NCBI GenBank assembly: GCA_964481885.1
Contig: CAYZUS010000002.1
Coordinates: forward strand, 40,837 to 104,836
Source: an uncultured Actinomycetota bacterium
GTDB taxonomy: Bacteria; Actinomycetota; Humimicrobiia; Humimicrobiales; Humimicrobiaceae
Length of the DNA stretch: 64,000 nucleotides
Reading direction: 5' to 3'
In this document: positions 20,241 to 29,946 of the stretch, piece by piece
How positions within the stretch are numbered: the first letter of the stretch is position 1
How the letters are laid out: the number at the start of each line of letters is the position of its first letter
The notes under the pieces: generated by a model
Seen by the model: only the letters and a program-made list of their open reading frames with translations
Told to the model about the DNA's origin: nothing
Database searches by the model: none
Made by a program: the position numbers and the translations under genes

Positions 20241-20302
20241 TAATTATTGCATATTATACATAATTATTAAATATTATGCAATAATTATTAAATATTATGC
20301 AA
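20241..20302. promoter_or_regulatory. three tandem ~21-bp AT-rich repeats (two perfect copies of taattattaaatattatgcaa) upstream of argJ; candidate ARG-box-like operator
   Basis: Perfect 21-bp copies lie at 20261-20281 and 20282-20302, with a degenerate copy at 20241-20260. The 21-bp spacing equals two helical turns. The region sits 90-150 bp upstream of the argJ start codon. There is an internal TGCA/TGCA dyad. Confidence 0.4.
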
Positions 20303-20306
20303 TAAT

Positions 20307-21449
20307 TTATTTTAGAAATTCCTGGTAATTGTTTCTGTCAACTATTTCAAAACTCGAATATTTATAATTATCAGAAAATCCTTTGGGAATTTTAGAGGAT
20401 TTGAATCCACGGTTTTTCCACTTGAATTCATAAGCACTTATTTCCCCTGCTGCTTCTTCGATATAATCAATTTCTCCTTCCTGGTGGGCTCTCCAGAAAT
20501 AGGAATTTACATCTGACAAATTATTTGAATTATTCTTTAGCCTCTCTGAAGTCATAAAATTTTCCCACAAAAAACCCATATCATTCCTTAAAAAAGCAGG
20601 GTTAAAATTATTAATAATTGCATTTCTTATTCCGGTGTCGTAGAAATAAATTTTCCTTAAGCTTTTTAGTTCATTTCTCAAATTACTGCTGTAAGGGTTA
20701 AGCCTGAAAATAATATAAGCCTTCTCCAGAATTGAAATATAATTTTGAACAGTTTTTTTATCTATTCCGACGATATTTGACAATTCGTTGTAGGAAACTT
20801 CGTTTCCTATCTGCAGAGCCAGTGCCTGTAAAAGCTTTTCAAGGATTTCAGGATTTCTTATACGCTGATATTGCAGAATATCTTTATAAAGGTAACTTTT
20901 TGCAATCTCCTTTAAATTTCTTTGAGCATCCGGTTCGTTTAAGACAATTTCAGGATATGACCCAAAGATTATCCTGTTCTCCAGAAGCCTGTCGATTTCC
21001 AGGGGTGAATAAATATTTTGCACCTCAGATATTGAAAAAGGGTAAAGATGATATTCATACTTTCGGCCCGTCAGGGGCTCAACTATTTCATTTGACAATT
21101 CAAAAGATGAAGAACCGGTTGCTATGACCTGGATTTCCTTATAATTATCCGCAATCAACTTTAAAGTCAAACCTATATTTTTTACTCTTTGAGCTTCATC
21201 TATCAGCACAAGCTTTTTATTACCTATCAGGCTTTTTAATTCTGTTGAAGTTTTTTCAGAAAGTGACTGCCTGATATCGGGTTCGTCGCAGTTAAGATAT
21301 ACAGATATGTCATTGAATTTATTTTGGATTTCTTTTACAACTGTGGTCTTGCCTGTTCTGCGCGCACCATAAATGATTATTACCTTATTCTTGAACAAGC
21401 TGTTTTCGATGCTCTGCTGGATATGCCTTATAACTGTCATTTTTTCCAC
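20307..21449 (-). CDS. AAA+ ATPase with a C-terminal DUF4143 (COG1373-type)
   Basis: Walker A GARRTGKT and Walker B LVLIDEAQ. 380 aa. Confidence 0.75.
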   Translation of the reverse strand: MEKMTVIRHIQQSIENSLFKNKVIIIYGARRTGKTTVVKEIQNKFNDISVYLNCDEPDIRQSLSEKTSTELKSLIGNKKLVLIDEAQRVKNIGLTLKLIADNYKEIQVIATGSSSFELSNEIVEPLTGRKYEYHLYPFSISEVQNIYSPLEIDRLLENRIIFGSYPEIVLNEPDAQRNLKEIAKSYLYKDILQYQRIRNPEILEKLLQALALQIGNEVSYNELSNIVGIDKKTVQNYISILEKAYIIFRLNPYSSNLRNELKSLRKIYFYDTGIRNAIINNFNPAFLRNDMGFLWENFMTSERLKNNSNNLSDVNSYFWRAHQEGEIDYIEEAAGEISAYEFKWKNRGFKSSKIPKGFSDNYKYSSFEIVDRNNYQEFLK

Positions 21450-21601
21450 TCTTCAGCTATTTTGATTACGGGTCATAGATAGCCAATTTTTTATCCTAAT
21501 CAACCTCAACACTCATTTTACATACCAATTTGGGGAATATAATACCTGAATTATATATAATATTGGGGATTTAGTCAATACGCCAAAGTAATTTTGAATA
21601 A

Positions 21602-24229
21602 TTACAAAGTGGAAAGTTCTTCCAGAATCTCTTCTGCAAGCTTCAGCTCTTCTTCCCTGGTGTGAATTTTACCGTCAAGTTTTGCCTGCATTATCCTGTC
21701 GAATACAATCCTGAAATCCCTGGAAGGTTTATATTTCAGGGACTTAAGGTCTTCACCTGTTATCTCCATTTTTATGTGCCTGAGCCTTGAAAAGAAGCGC
21801 GACACATTGTCATAATGATTTTTGCTGATGGCACTTATTATTATTTTTAATTCATCCGGCACACCATTTAAGTAAGTGTAAAGCATTGAGTTATTGGCCG
21901 CCCTTTTTTCAAGCTGCCTGTAAATCTCAGGATATTTTTTTACAGACTGCCTGATTATTTCCCTGTCATTATTCTTTATTTTCATTTCCTGACAGAAGTT
22001 TATAATCTGCTCATCAGTTTCTGACAACAGCATCGCAATAATAAACAGTCTCCAGATTTCAGTGCTTTTATCCCTGTATGAGCTGAATTCCTCAAACCGG
22101 TCACCGATTTTTTTAACCTGCTTTATGAAAGCTTCATCAATACTAATATTTAAGCCTATTTTTTTAAGGGCCTTAAGCTCATAAAGTCTTTTTAAAGAAA
22201 TCCAGGGGCCCGATTCCTGTAAAATAGTGATGAACTCATCTCTTACCCTTATTCCATTAAGTCTGGATACTGCATTCATGTCAATTGTAGATATGGCCAG
22301 CTTTTCAGTCTGGTGGTCCATTTTAAATCCAAGCCTTTGTTCAAATCTCACGGCTCTGAAAATCCTTGTAGGGTCCTCAATAAAGCTCATTTTGTGCAGT
22401 ACTTTTATTTTCCTTGCAGCAAGGTCTTTCCTTCCGCCAAAAAAATCCATTATTTCACCAAAGTTTTTTTTATTTAATGAAATTGCCAGTGTGTTTATGG
22501 TAAAATCCCTTCTTCCAAGGTCCTGCCTGATGCTGCCCGGTTCAACATCCGGAAGGGCCGCAGGCTTTTCATAGTATTCGACCCTGGAGGATGCCACGTC
22601 GATGTGCTGGCTGTTTTCAAGCACAAGCACCGCAGTTTTAAATTTTTCATGACTTTCGACTTTTGCAGCCAGTATCCATGAAAGTTTTTTTGCAAATAAG
22701 ATGCCGTCGCCTTCTATTACTATATCAATATCCAGATTAGGAATTCCGAGCAACAGATCTCTTACCACTCCTCCTACAAGATAAGCCCTCATTTTCATTT
22801 CCTTTGCAATGGTGGAAATTGTTTCGAGGATTTGGGTAATGCTTTCAGGAAAAAGGCTGTATAGCCTTTCTTTTAGTTGTGCAGTTGTAAAGCTGTAATT
22901 AAAATCTTTTTTATATTCTTTAGGATATTTAAAGTAATCCCTGCCGTGAAGAAAACGCAGTACATCTTTTCTCGTCACGATGCCAATAATTTCCCCTTTT
23001 GACACCACAGGAACCCGTCCTATCCCATTTTCTGTCATCATATCCTGTATGTCCCCTATTGTTGCACCGGGACCGGCAGTAACAATACCATGTGATTTAA
23101 ACCCTTTTACCGGCGCATGTGACAGCCCGTGTTTTATTGCTTTATCGATATCTTTCCTGGTTATGATTCCGGCAAGTCCCCTGTTTGAATCAACAATAGG
23201 AATCCCGCTGTGACCGTATTTTTTAAGCAGCTCACCCACGCTGGCGATACTTTCATCTTCACTTACGACCCTGACAGGATAAGACATTATGTCTTTTGCA
23301 ATCACCGGCTGTTTTATGTTTTTATCCAGGGCAGAAAGTATTTTCTGTTCTATTTCTGCAAATTCCATCCCCTTTATAACTGCAGATGAAGCCTGGGAGT
23401 GGCCCCCTCCTCCAATCACTTCAAGTATTTTTGATACATCTATTCCTGCGTCTTCACTTCGTGCCGCAACATATGTCTTGTCCTTCATCTTAACCCAGCA
23501 GAAGACAACACTTACATCTTCTACCTGTCCAAGCTTTCGAGTAAGCACGGACAGGCCTTCTACAAATCTGTCAGTTACGGCACTGGAAATAATTAATTCC
23601 CTTTGGTGAATAGTGATCTTAGTCAGGTTTGCTATCAGTTTTTCAAACAGCCTGTGCTGTTCTGCATTAAGCGAAAGATTTAGAAACCTGGAAATAACAC
23701 CGCTGTTTGCCCCATGCTTTTTTAAAAATGAAGCTGCTTCGAGGTCCTTGTCTGTAGTGCCCGGATAAGTAAATGAGCCTGTATCTTCATAAATACCCAG
23801 TGAAAAAAGAGTGGCTTCAAGCGGACTTATCTGTATTTTTCTCTTTTTTATAATATTTACAAGTATTGTAGTCGTAGCACCGCAGCATCTTGTAAAATCA
23901 TCCCCATAATCCAGGTCTTCATGTGATTTCTGGTGATGGTCAAATATTACTATTTCGGCTTTTCTGCTGTTTGCGGTATTCTTAAGGACTCCAAGTCTTG
24001 AGGGAATTTTTGTATCGACCATTATTATTCGGCTTATTGAATGCAGATCAATGTCACCAGGGTCTTTTAGCGCCGGGAGACCGTCTTCGTGCAGTGCAAT
24101 AAATCTTCTTACGTTTGAGTTTATTGAGCTTGGCATCAATATCTCAGCTTCGGGATAGATTTTTTTTGCTGCTACCATTGCTGCAAAAGAATCAAAATCA
24201 GAACTTACGTGGGTGGCAATTACATGCAT
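21602..24229 (-). CDS. multidomain DHH/DHHA1 phosphoesterase - tandem CBS - poly(A) polymerase/CCA tRNA nucleotidyltransferase fusion
   Basis: N-terminal DHH (HVSSDFDSFAAMVAAK...FDHH). Two CBS domains. A nucleotidyltransferase head (YLVGGVVRDLLLG...DIDIV). A C-terminal helical tail. 875 aa. Confidence 0.8.
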   Translation of the reverse strand: MHVIATHVSSDFDSFAAMVAAKKIYPEAEILMPSSINSNVRRFIALHEDGLPALKDPGDIDLHSISRIIMVDTKIPSRLGVLKNTANSRKAEIVIFDHHQKSHEDLDYGDDFTRCCGATTTILVNIIKKRKIQISPLEATLFSLGIYEDTGSFTYPGTTDKDLEAASFLKKHGANSGVISRFLNLSLNAEQHRLFEKLIANLTKITIHQRELIISSAVTDRFVEGLSVLTRKLGQVEDVSVVFCWVKMKDKTYVAARSEDAGIDVSKILEVIGGGGHSQASSAVIKGMEFAEIEQKILSALDKNIKQPVIAKDIMSYPVRVVSEDESIASVGELLKKYGHSGIPIVDSNRGLAGIITRKDIDKAIKHGLSHAPVKGFKSHGIVTAGPGATIGDIQDMMTENGIGRVPVVSKGEIIGIVTRKDVLRFLHGRDYFKYPKEYKKDFNYSFTTAQLKERLYSLFPESITQILETISTIAKEMKMRAYLVGGVVRDLLLGIPNLDIDIVIEGDGILFAKKLSWILAAKVESHEKFKTAVLVLENSQHIDVASSRVEYYEKPAALPDVEPGSIRQDLGRRDFTINTLAISLNKKNFGEIMDFFGGRKDLAARKIKVLHKMSFIEDPTRIFRAVRFEQRLGFKMDHQTEKLAISTIDMNAVSRLNGIRVRDEFITILQESGPWISLKRLYELKALKKIGLNISIDEAFIKQVKKIGDRFEEFSSYRDKSTEIWRLFIIAMLLSETDEQIINFCQEMKIKNNDREIIRQSVKKYPEIYRQLEKRAANNSMLYTYLNGVPDELKIIISAISKNHYDNVSRFFSRLRHIKMEITGEDLKSLKYKPSRDFRIVFDRIMQAKLDGKIHTREEELKLAEEILEELSTL

Positions 24230-24403
24230 AGTTTATTGATTATTCGTCAGGGCTTGTAAAAATAAATAAAAAAAGCACTAATTTATAATGAAAAATCAAC
24301 TTCTAAATAAATATATTTTAAAAAAACAGGGTTTAAATAACTGATTCCAGTGGGCCAGCCATGAATTTTATAAGTGCATGCAACTCCCCAGATAAATGAA
24401 AAA

Positions 24404-24943
24404 CTATTCGCAATACTTCTCATAACAGACAATTTCTGAAATGGATTTTCTTCCCCTTTTTGGAGTCTCGGCATTTGGACCGGGATAGCCAATCGGAGTC
24501 AGGGCAACGACTCTGATGTTTTCAGGAACGCCAAGAATTCCCTTTACCAGATTTTCTTTGAAAGCTCCTATCCAGCATGTACACAGGCCCATTTCAGTAG
24601 CAGCAAGCATAAGGTGTTCCAGGGCTATTGCAATGTCTATTGCAAAGCTGGTCATGTATCCGCCCATCGAGGGATATGATTCTTCTTCATTGGCGCACAC
24701 TGCAACTATAAGCGGAGCGTCAGCAATAAAAGCCTGATTATTGCATGCAATGGAAAGGTCCATTTTTTTATGCTTTTCTTTGACAATGACGAGTTTCCAG
24801 GGTTGCAGATTTTTTGCTGAAGGTGCTTTTCTGAAGGCATCCAGCAGGTACTCAATTTTTTCAGAATCCACTTCTTCGCTGCTGTATGATCTTATACTTC
24901 TTCTGTGGTTAATTATCTCCATCAGGTTATTAAATTTACGCAT
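24404..24943 (-). CDS. nitroreductase family protein
   Basis: HRRSIRSY....KAPSAKNLQPWK is the nitroreductase N-terminal signature. 179 aa. Confidence 0.8.
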   Translation of the reverse strand: MRKFNNLMEIINHRRSIRSYSSEEVDSEKIEYLLDAFRKAPSAKNLQPWKLVIVKEKHKKMDLSIACNNQAFIADAPLIVAVCANEEESYPSMGGYMTSFAIDIAIALEHLMLAATEMGLCTCWIGAFKENLVKGILGVPENIRVVALTPIGYPGPNAETPKRGRKSISEIVCYEKYCE

Positions 24944-25244
24944 TGAACTCCCTCTCTTTCAGTGAGTGAAAAAAAGTTATTTTTGAAATCTCAATATTAA
25001 AAAAAACGCTGTGCAATTAAAACATTATAAACATAATGTCGGATTAATTACAGTAATTCTTGAGCACTAGAATACAAACGCCATCCAGATTACAGTAATT
25101 ACTGAGCCATTGCTTTCATGGTACTATCTGATTGAAGCAGTTACCCGGTCCGTACTTGCACGATTCTGTTTGACTGCAGCAATTTCTAAAGCCGACCCGT
25201 CAATATTACCTGCTTAATTACAGCAATTATTGGACCTCAGCTTG

Positions 25245-26111
25245 TCAGGCTATCAAGCGGTATAATCTGTGAATTCTGGCCGTTAGGGGTCCCGGACATG
25301 TGCCTGACCCGATTTTATGGCTGTCAACCTTTTTTACTGGCATGATTTCCATTATCGAGTTTGTTAAAAATAGCTCATCTGCTTCAAGCAAATTAAAATA
25401 ATGAAGCCTTTTTTCAGAAAATCTTATTTTGTTCTTACGGCAAATCTCAATCACCAGTTGTCTTGTAATGCCAGGAAGAATGTTTTGTGTTGCCGGCGGT
25501 GTAAAAACTCTGCCATCCTTTACTGCAAACAGGTTGGAAGTGGCACCTTCAAGCACAACCTTGTCTCTTGTTGTAAAAAGTGCTTCCTGCGCCTGATTTG
25601 ACAGAGCCTCATTTTTTGCAAACACATTTTCAAAATAATTAATAAGCTTGTGTCTGTATATGTCATTGCCGACAGCATTTCTTTTTATTGAAGATGTAAA
25701 AATTTTTATACCATTTTTATAGAAGTCTTCCGGGTACTCTGTCAGCATCTTTACAAATATAACAAGAAAAGGTTTTGATTCAGGGTCAAATATTAGCTTT
25801 TGCCTGTAGGAGCTTCTTGCTACGACTATCTTTATGTACGCATCAGCGCCAAGCAGATTATTCTTTAAAAGAAGTTTAAATGCAGCAGACCTGATGTTTT
25901 CCGCCGTAAAAAAATCAGTATTGTACCTCAGTATTCGCATTGAAGAAAAAAGCCTGTCAAGATGCAGATCCAAAGCCAGAATATTGCCCCTATGGGCACG
26001 CATAGTCTCAAACAGGCCGTCGCCGAATAAAAATCCGCAGTCGCTGCTTACCGGTAATAATACCTTTTTTGAGTCTGTGTATTTGTCATTTAAAAATACG
26101 TATTCGGTCAT
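25245..26111 (-). CDS. pabC: class IV (fold-type IV PLP) aminotransferase; from its position, aminodeoxychorismate lyase PabC
   Basis: 288 aa, with the branched-chain/D-amino-acid aminotransferase family pattern (...EGATSNLF....ILPGITR...). It overlaps the pabB stop by 4 nt. Confidence 0.6.
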   Translation of the reverse strand: MTEYVFLNDKYTDSKKVLLPVSSDCGFLFGDGLFETMRAHRGNILALDLHLDRLFSSMRILRYNTDFFTAENIRSAAFKLLLKNNLLGADAYIKIVVARSSYRQKLIFDPESKPFLVIFVKMLTEYPEDFYKNGIKIFTSSIKRNAVGNDIYRHKLINYFENVFAKNEALSNQAQEALFTTRDKVVLEGATSNLFAVKDGRVFTPPATQNILPGITRQLVIEICRKNKIRFSEKRLHYFNLLEADELFLTNSIMEIMPVKKVDSHKIGSGTCPGPLTARIHRLYRLIA

Positions 26112-27961
26112 TTCACTTCCAAGTTTTCTTTTGAAAAAAATTCCAGAGTTTCTTTTAAGGCCAGGCCCTTGTCAAGGGTTTCCATGTATTCACTTTCCGG
26201 AGTGGAATCCTCAACAATTCCTCCACCTACATTATAATAGAATTTTTTATTCTTTATAACAAATGTCCTTATTGCAATATTCAGATCCATTGTCCCTTCC
26301 AGGCTTATGTAACCTATGGAGCCTGTGTATATGTTCCTTGCTGAAGGCTCAAGCGAGTCTATTATTTCCATGGCCCTTATTTTTGGCGCCCCTGTTATAG
26401 ACCCACCCGGGAAAGCTGCTTTTATAATATCCGTATGGCTGTATCCTTCCTGCATCTGGCCGGTCACTGTGGAAACCAGATGAAAAACTCTAGCATATTT
26501 TTCAACCACTGCGTGCTCTTTTACCTTTACAGAACCATATTTGCAAAAACGCCCAAGGTCATTTCTTTCAAGATCCACTATCATATTAAGTTCAGCGTGG
26601 TCCTTTAAGCTTCCCTGTAGTTCTTTAATATAGCTTTCATCCTCTTTTGGGGTCCTTCCTCTTGGCCGGGTGCCTTTTATTGGCCTTGTTTCGACCTTGC
26701 CTTCCTTTAGAAACATGAATCTTTCAGGTGAGGAGCATCCTATTTTTAGGCCCGAAAAACTTAAAAAAGCGCAAAAAGGCGCAGAATTTTTCTGCCTGAG
26801 AATATAATAAAGGTCAACGGGGTCCACATCCAGGTCACATGAAAACCTCTGAGAAATATTGGCCTGATAGATGTCCCCGTTATGGATATGTTCCTTCGTT
26901 TTTAATATTGCCTTAACGTAATCCGGTTTTGAAAAATTTGAGATCAATTCAAGATTGCCGGCTTGCCTTGCCTGATATTTTTTTGTTATAAAGTCATTGA
27001 TTTTGTGTCCATAGCCTGTTTTGCAGCGTTCTGACAGCAGAAAAATATTTTGCTTCTCCTTCGACATGTCCTTCCTGACATAATCAGAAAAACTTTTTTT
27101 GCTCCTATACCCGGTACCTGAAAAATAATTATCGGTTTCTATACTGGCAGCATCACTTTTGCTGCTGCAGCAGCTGCCATCAAAGTTACTCTTTAAATCT
27201 TTACCTGTCTCCTCCCTTTTGCTACTGGAGCAAGCACCAAAACAGGAGCTCTCAGATAAAGCCAATTCCCGGGGATAACCTCCAGCCATACTGTCTGATA
27301 TCTCGTAATTTTTTACAAAATAACACTTGCCATTATTATGGTTAAAGGCCAAAAACTTCAAATAATAACAAAAATAAAATACTGGAACTTTTACATCTTT
27401 TTTTGCTTTTGCAGGAAGATTTTCAATATAATTTTTCAGATCATAGGAAAAAAACCCAATAAATCCACCCTTAAAGTCAGGCAGATTAACTTCGCTGCAA
27501 TCAGCCCCATCTTTTTGGCAAATACCCTGTTCATTGTGTATTTCAATTTTTTGGCCGATGGGCGCACCATACCTGAAACCTGGTTGTTGACGCATCCCTG
27601 ATTTTGGGTCGATGCTTGAATAATCCAGATAAATATTTCCTGCCTTGCTTGAAATATTATTATTTAGCATTTGCTCCAGAAATTTAAGAGGATGACCGCC
27701 AACTTCCTTCTTTGTGTGGGTTCGCAAATCCATAATCTCATTTTTAATTCCGGAGCTTTTTATTACGAATTCAGGTTCCCAGGCCAGGTAAGAAAAATTG
27801 GAAAACTTGTTTGGGGTAAGACTGCTGTCAAGAAATGAAATGTATTTATTCCTGCCTGTGGCAGCCAAAGCATAAAAAATATCTTCAAAAGCACACTCTG
27901 TTTCCACAGGAGTTATTACCATTATTCTCTGTTTTTCTTTTTTTTGTTCGTTATCAGACAT
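26108..27961 (-). CDS. pabB: aminodeoxychorismate synthase component I (PabB) with an ~80-aa Cys/Ser-rich insertion
   Basis: The C-terminal chorismate-binding domain reads ...SPERF...PIKGTRPRG....NMIVDLERND...GGSITGAPKIRAMEII. 617 aa versus ~450-470 typical. The insert spans nt ~27046-27298. Confidence 0.8.
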   Translation of the reverse strand: MSDNEQKKEKQRIMVITPVETECAFEDIFYALAATGRNKYISFLDSSLTPNKFSNFSYLAWEPEFVIKSSGIKNEIMDLRTHTKKEVGGHPLKFLEQMLNNNISSKAGNIYLDYSSIDPKSGMRQQPGFRYGAPIGQKIEIHNEQGICQKDGADCSEVNLPDFKGGFIGFFSYDLKNYIENLPAKAKKDVKVPVFYFCYYLKFLAFNHNNGKCYFVKNYEISDSMAGGYPRELALSESSCFGACSSSKREETGKDLKSNFDGSCCSSKSDAASIETDNYFSGTGYRSKKSFSDYVRKDMSKEKQNIFLLSERCKTGYGHKINDFITKKYQARQAGNLELISNFSKPDYVKAILKTKEHIHNGDIYQANISQRFSCDLDVDPVDLYYILRQKNSAPFCAFLSFSGLKIGCSSPERFMFLKEGKVETRPIKGTRPRGRTPKEDESYIKELQGSLKDHAELNMIVDLERNDLGRFCKYGSVKVKEHAVVEKYARVFHLVSTVTGQMQEGYSHTDIIKAAFPGGSITGAPKIRAMEIIDSLEPSARNIYTGSIGYISLEGTMDLNIAIRTFVIKNKKFYYNVGGGIVEDSTPESEYMETLDKGLALKETLEFFSKENLEVK

Positions 27962-27966
27962 AAGTT

Positions 27967-28560
27967 TTAAGACTTTATGAAATTATTTATTATATTCAAG
28001 CCACAGTCAGTAAGAAATGACTCAGGATGAAACTGCACACCTTCAAGATTGTATTTTTTATGCCGGATACCCATGATTATCCCGTCTTTTGTCCGGGCAG
28101 AAATCTCAAAATCATCCGGAAGTGTATTATTTTCTACTACCAGTGAATGATACCTTGCTGCTTCAAAGGGGTTTTCAATCCCTTTGAATACTGTGCCGCA
28201 GTCATGATAAACCATGGATGTCTTTCCATGCACAACAAGCCCTGAGTTTATTATCCTGGCGCCAAAGACTTCTGCAATGCACTGATGCCCAAGACAAACA
28301 CCAAATATCGGAATATCCCTGTAGAAATATTCTATAATTTTTTTTGACATTCCTGCATCGTCAGGTTTTCCGGGACCTGGTGATATTACGATTTTTTCCG
28401 GCGACATTTCTTTAATCTCTTCAATGCTTATCCTGTCATTTCGCCTGACTTTTATATTTTCGCCTAAAATTCCCAGGTACTGCACCAGATTAAAGGTGAA
28501 TGAATCGTAATTATCTATCATCAGTATATCTATTTTTTTCTTTTCTGTTTTTTTAGGCAT
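27967..28560 (-). CDS. pabA: glutamine amidotransferase, aminodeoxychorismate/anthranilate synthase component II
   Basis: ILMIDNYDSFT...GVCLGHQ...HPES is a class-I GATase triad. 197 aa. Confidence 0.85.
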   Translation of the reverse strand: MPKKTEKKKIDILMIDNYDSFTFNLVQYLGILGENIKVRRNDRISIEEIKEMSPEKIVISPGPGKPDDAGMSKKIIEYFYRDIPIFGVCLGHQCIAEVFGARIINSGLVVHGKTSMVYHDCGTVFKGIENPFEAARYHSLVVENNTLPDDFEISARTKDGIIMGIRHKKYNLEGVQFHPESFLTDCGLNIINNFIKS

Positions 28561-29008
28561 AGCAAAAATTAAACTAACTAAAAATTTTAAATAGGAGAGA
28601 GCATCTATTTTACACTATACTATTTTACAGTAATAACTAATTTAATGCCTGCAAAAATTTTCTATGGACAAACACAGGAATGCGATGTTTTTTAACTCAT
28701 AACTCATTGGCGTTAAAACAATATCCTGATTATTTTGATTAATGGAGTTACCATAAAGTTAAATAATCTGTATTTTATAATAATAATATCAACTAAATTA
28801 TCATTGACTTTTTGTATAAAATAATTCATTCTTTATATCGTTAATCCAGAATACTTAGTGGTAAATGATTTAAATTCATTTTGATTCGCTTTAAAAATTG
28901 ATGTTTGTTAAATTGGTTTATAAAATATTGTAAAATAAAAATATTTTTTTTATTTAGCTTTTTTATATTATTATTTGACCGTAAACAAATAATTTTATTA
29001 TATGTAAA

Positions 29009-29920
29009 ATGATACAGGTTGAAAATCTTTCAAAAAAATTCGGCAGCATTACTGCTGTTGACAACGTCTCTTTTGAGATAAAAGACGGCTCAATTTTCGG
29101 GTTTCTGGGGCCCAATGGCGCAGGGAAAACTACTACGATAAGAATGCTTTCCACTCTGATAAAACCTACAAGCGGAACTGTTATTATTGATGGAAAAGAA
29201 TTATCAAAAAATGGAGAGTACATAAGGTCAATACTGGGAATTCTTACTGAAACACCGGGAATGTATGAGAAGATTTCCGCAATTGAAAATTTAAATTTCT
29301 TTTCAGGTTTTTACGGAATTGAAGAAAAAAAACGAAAGCAGAATATAGAGAAATTCCTTAAAATGTTTGACCTTTGGGACAGGCGCGATGCCCTTGTTAG
29401 TACATATTCCAAAGGCATGAAGCAGAAACTTGCCATCGCCCGGGCTCTGATTCACGAGCCAAAGATACTATATCTTGATGAACCAACTGCAGCTCTTGAC
29501 CCTGAAAGCGCTTTCATGGTCAGAAGCTTTATAGAAAATCAAAAAAATGAAAAAACAACCGTCTTTTTGTGCACCCACAATCTTGAAGAGGCTTCGTATC
29601 TTTCTGATGTTGTCTGCATAATTAAAAGCAGGATTATAAAAATAGCAACACTTGATGAACTCCAGAAAAATAAAAAAGGCAAGAAAATAGAAATATTGTT
29701 TAACCAGCCTTCTGAAAAGTACACCGATATTCTACGGAGTTTCTCAGAGGTGACAAATCTTGAAGCAAAAGAAGATAAAATAAACTTTTCAATGGATAAT
29801 CCCGACAAAATAAATCCGGTAATAATTAAAAAACTTGTCGATTCCGGAGCTGAAATAATCTATTTTAACGAAATAAAAGCAAGCCTTGAGGAAATATACC
29901 TTGATTTGATCAGGGGCTAA
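29009..29920 (+). CDS. ABC transporter ATP-binding protein (ABC-2 exporter type)
   Basis: Walker A GPNGAGKTT, signature YSKGMKQKL and Walker B ILYLDEPT. Confidence 0.85.
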   Translation: MIQVENLSKKFGSITAVDNVSFEIKDGSIFGFLGPNGAGKTTTIRMLSTLIKPTSGTVIIDGKELSKNGEYIRSILGILTETPGMYEKISAIENLNFFSGFYGIEEKKRKQNIEKFLKMFDLWDRRDALVSTYSKGMKQKLAIARALIHEPKILYLDEPTAALDPESAFMVRSFIENQKNEKTTVFLCTHNLEEASYLSDVVCIIKSRIIKIATLDELQKNKKGKKIEILFNQPSEKYTDILRSFSEVTNLEAKEDKINFSMDNPDKINPVIIKKLVDSGAEIIYFNEIKASLEEIYLDLIRG

Positions 29921-29946
29921 AAAACCAAAGCCGAAACCAGGTTTTT

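Noticed and set aside
24283-24492. 69-aa ORF overlapping the nitroreductase 3' end
   Set aside because: It overlaps a well-supported CDS on the same strand in another frame, and has no RBS or homology signal.
28561-29008. 450-bp AT-rich divergent spacer upstream of pabA, a possible THF or other riboswitch
   Set aside because: I could not recognise any riboswitch consensus from memory. It should be checked with Infernal/Rfam. Meanwhile I treat it as a divergent promoter region.
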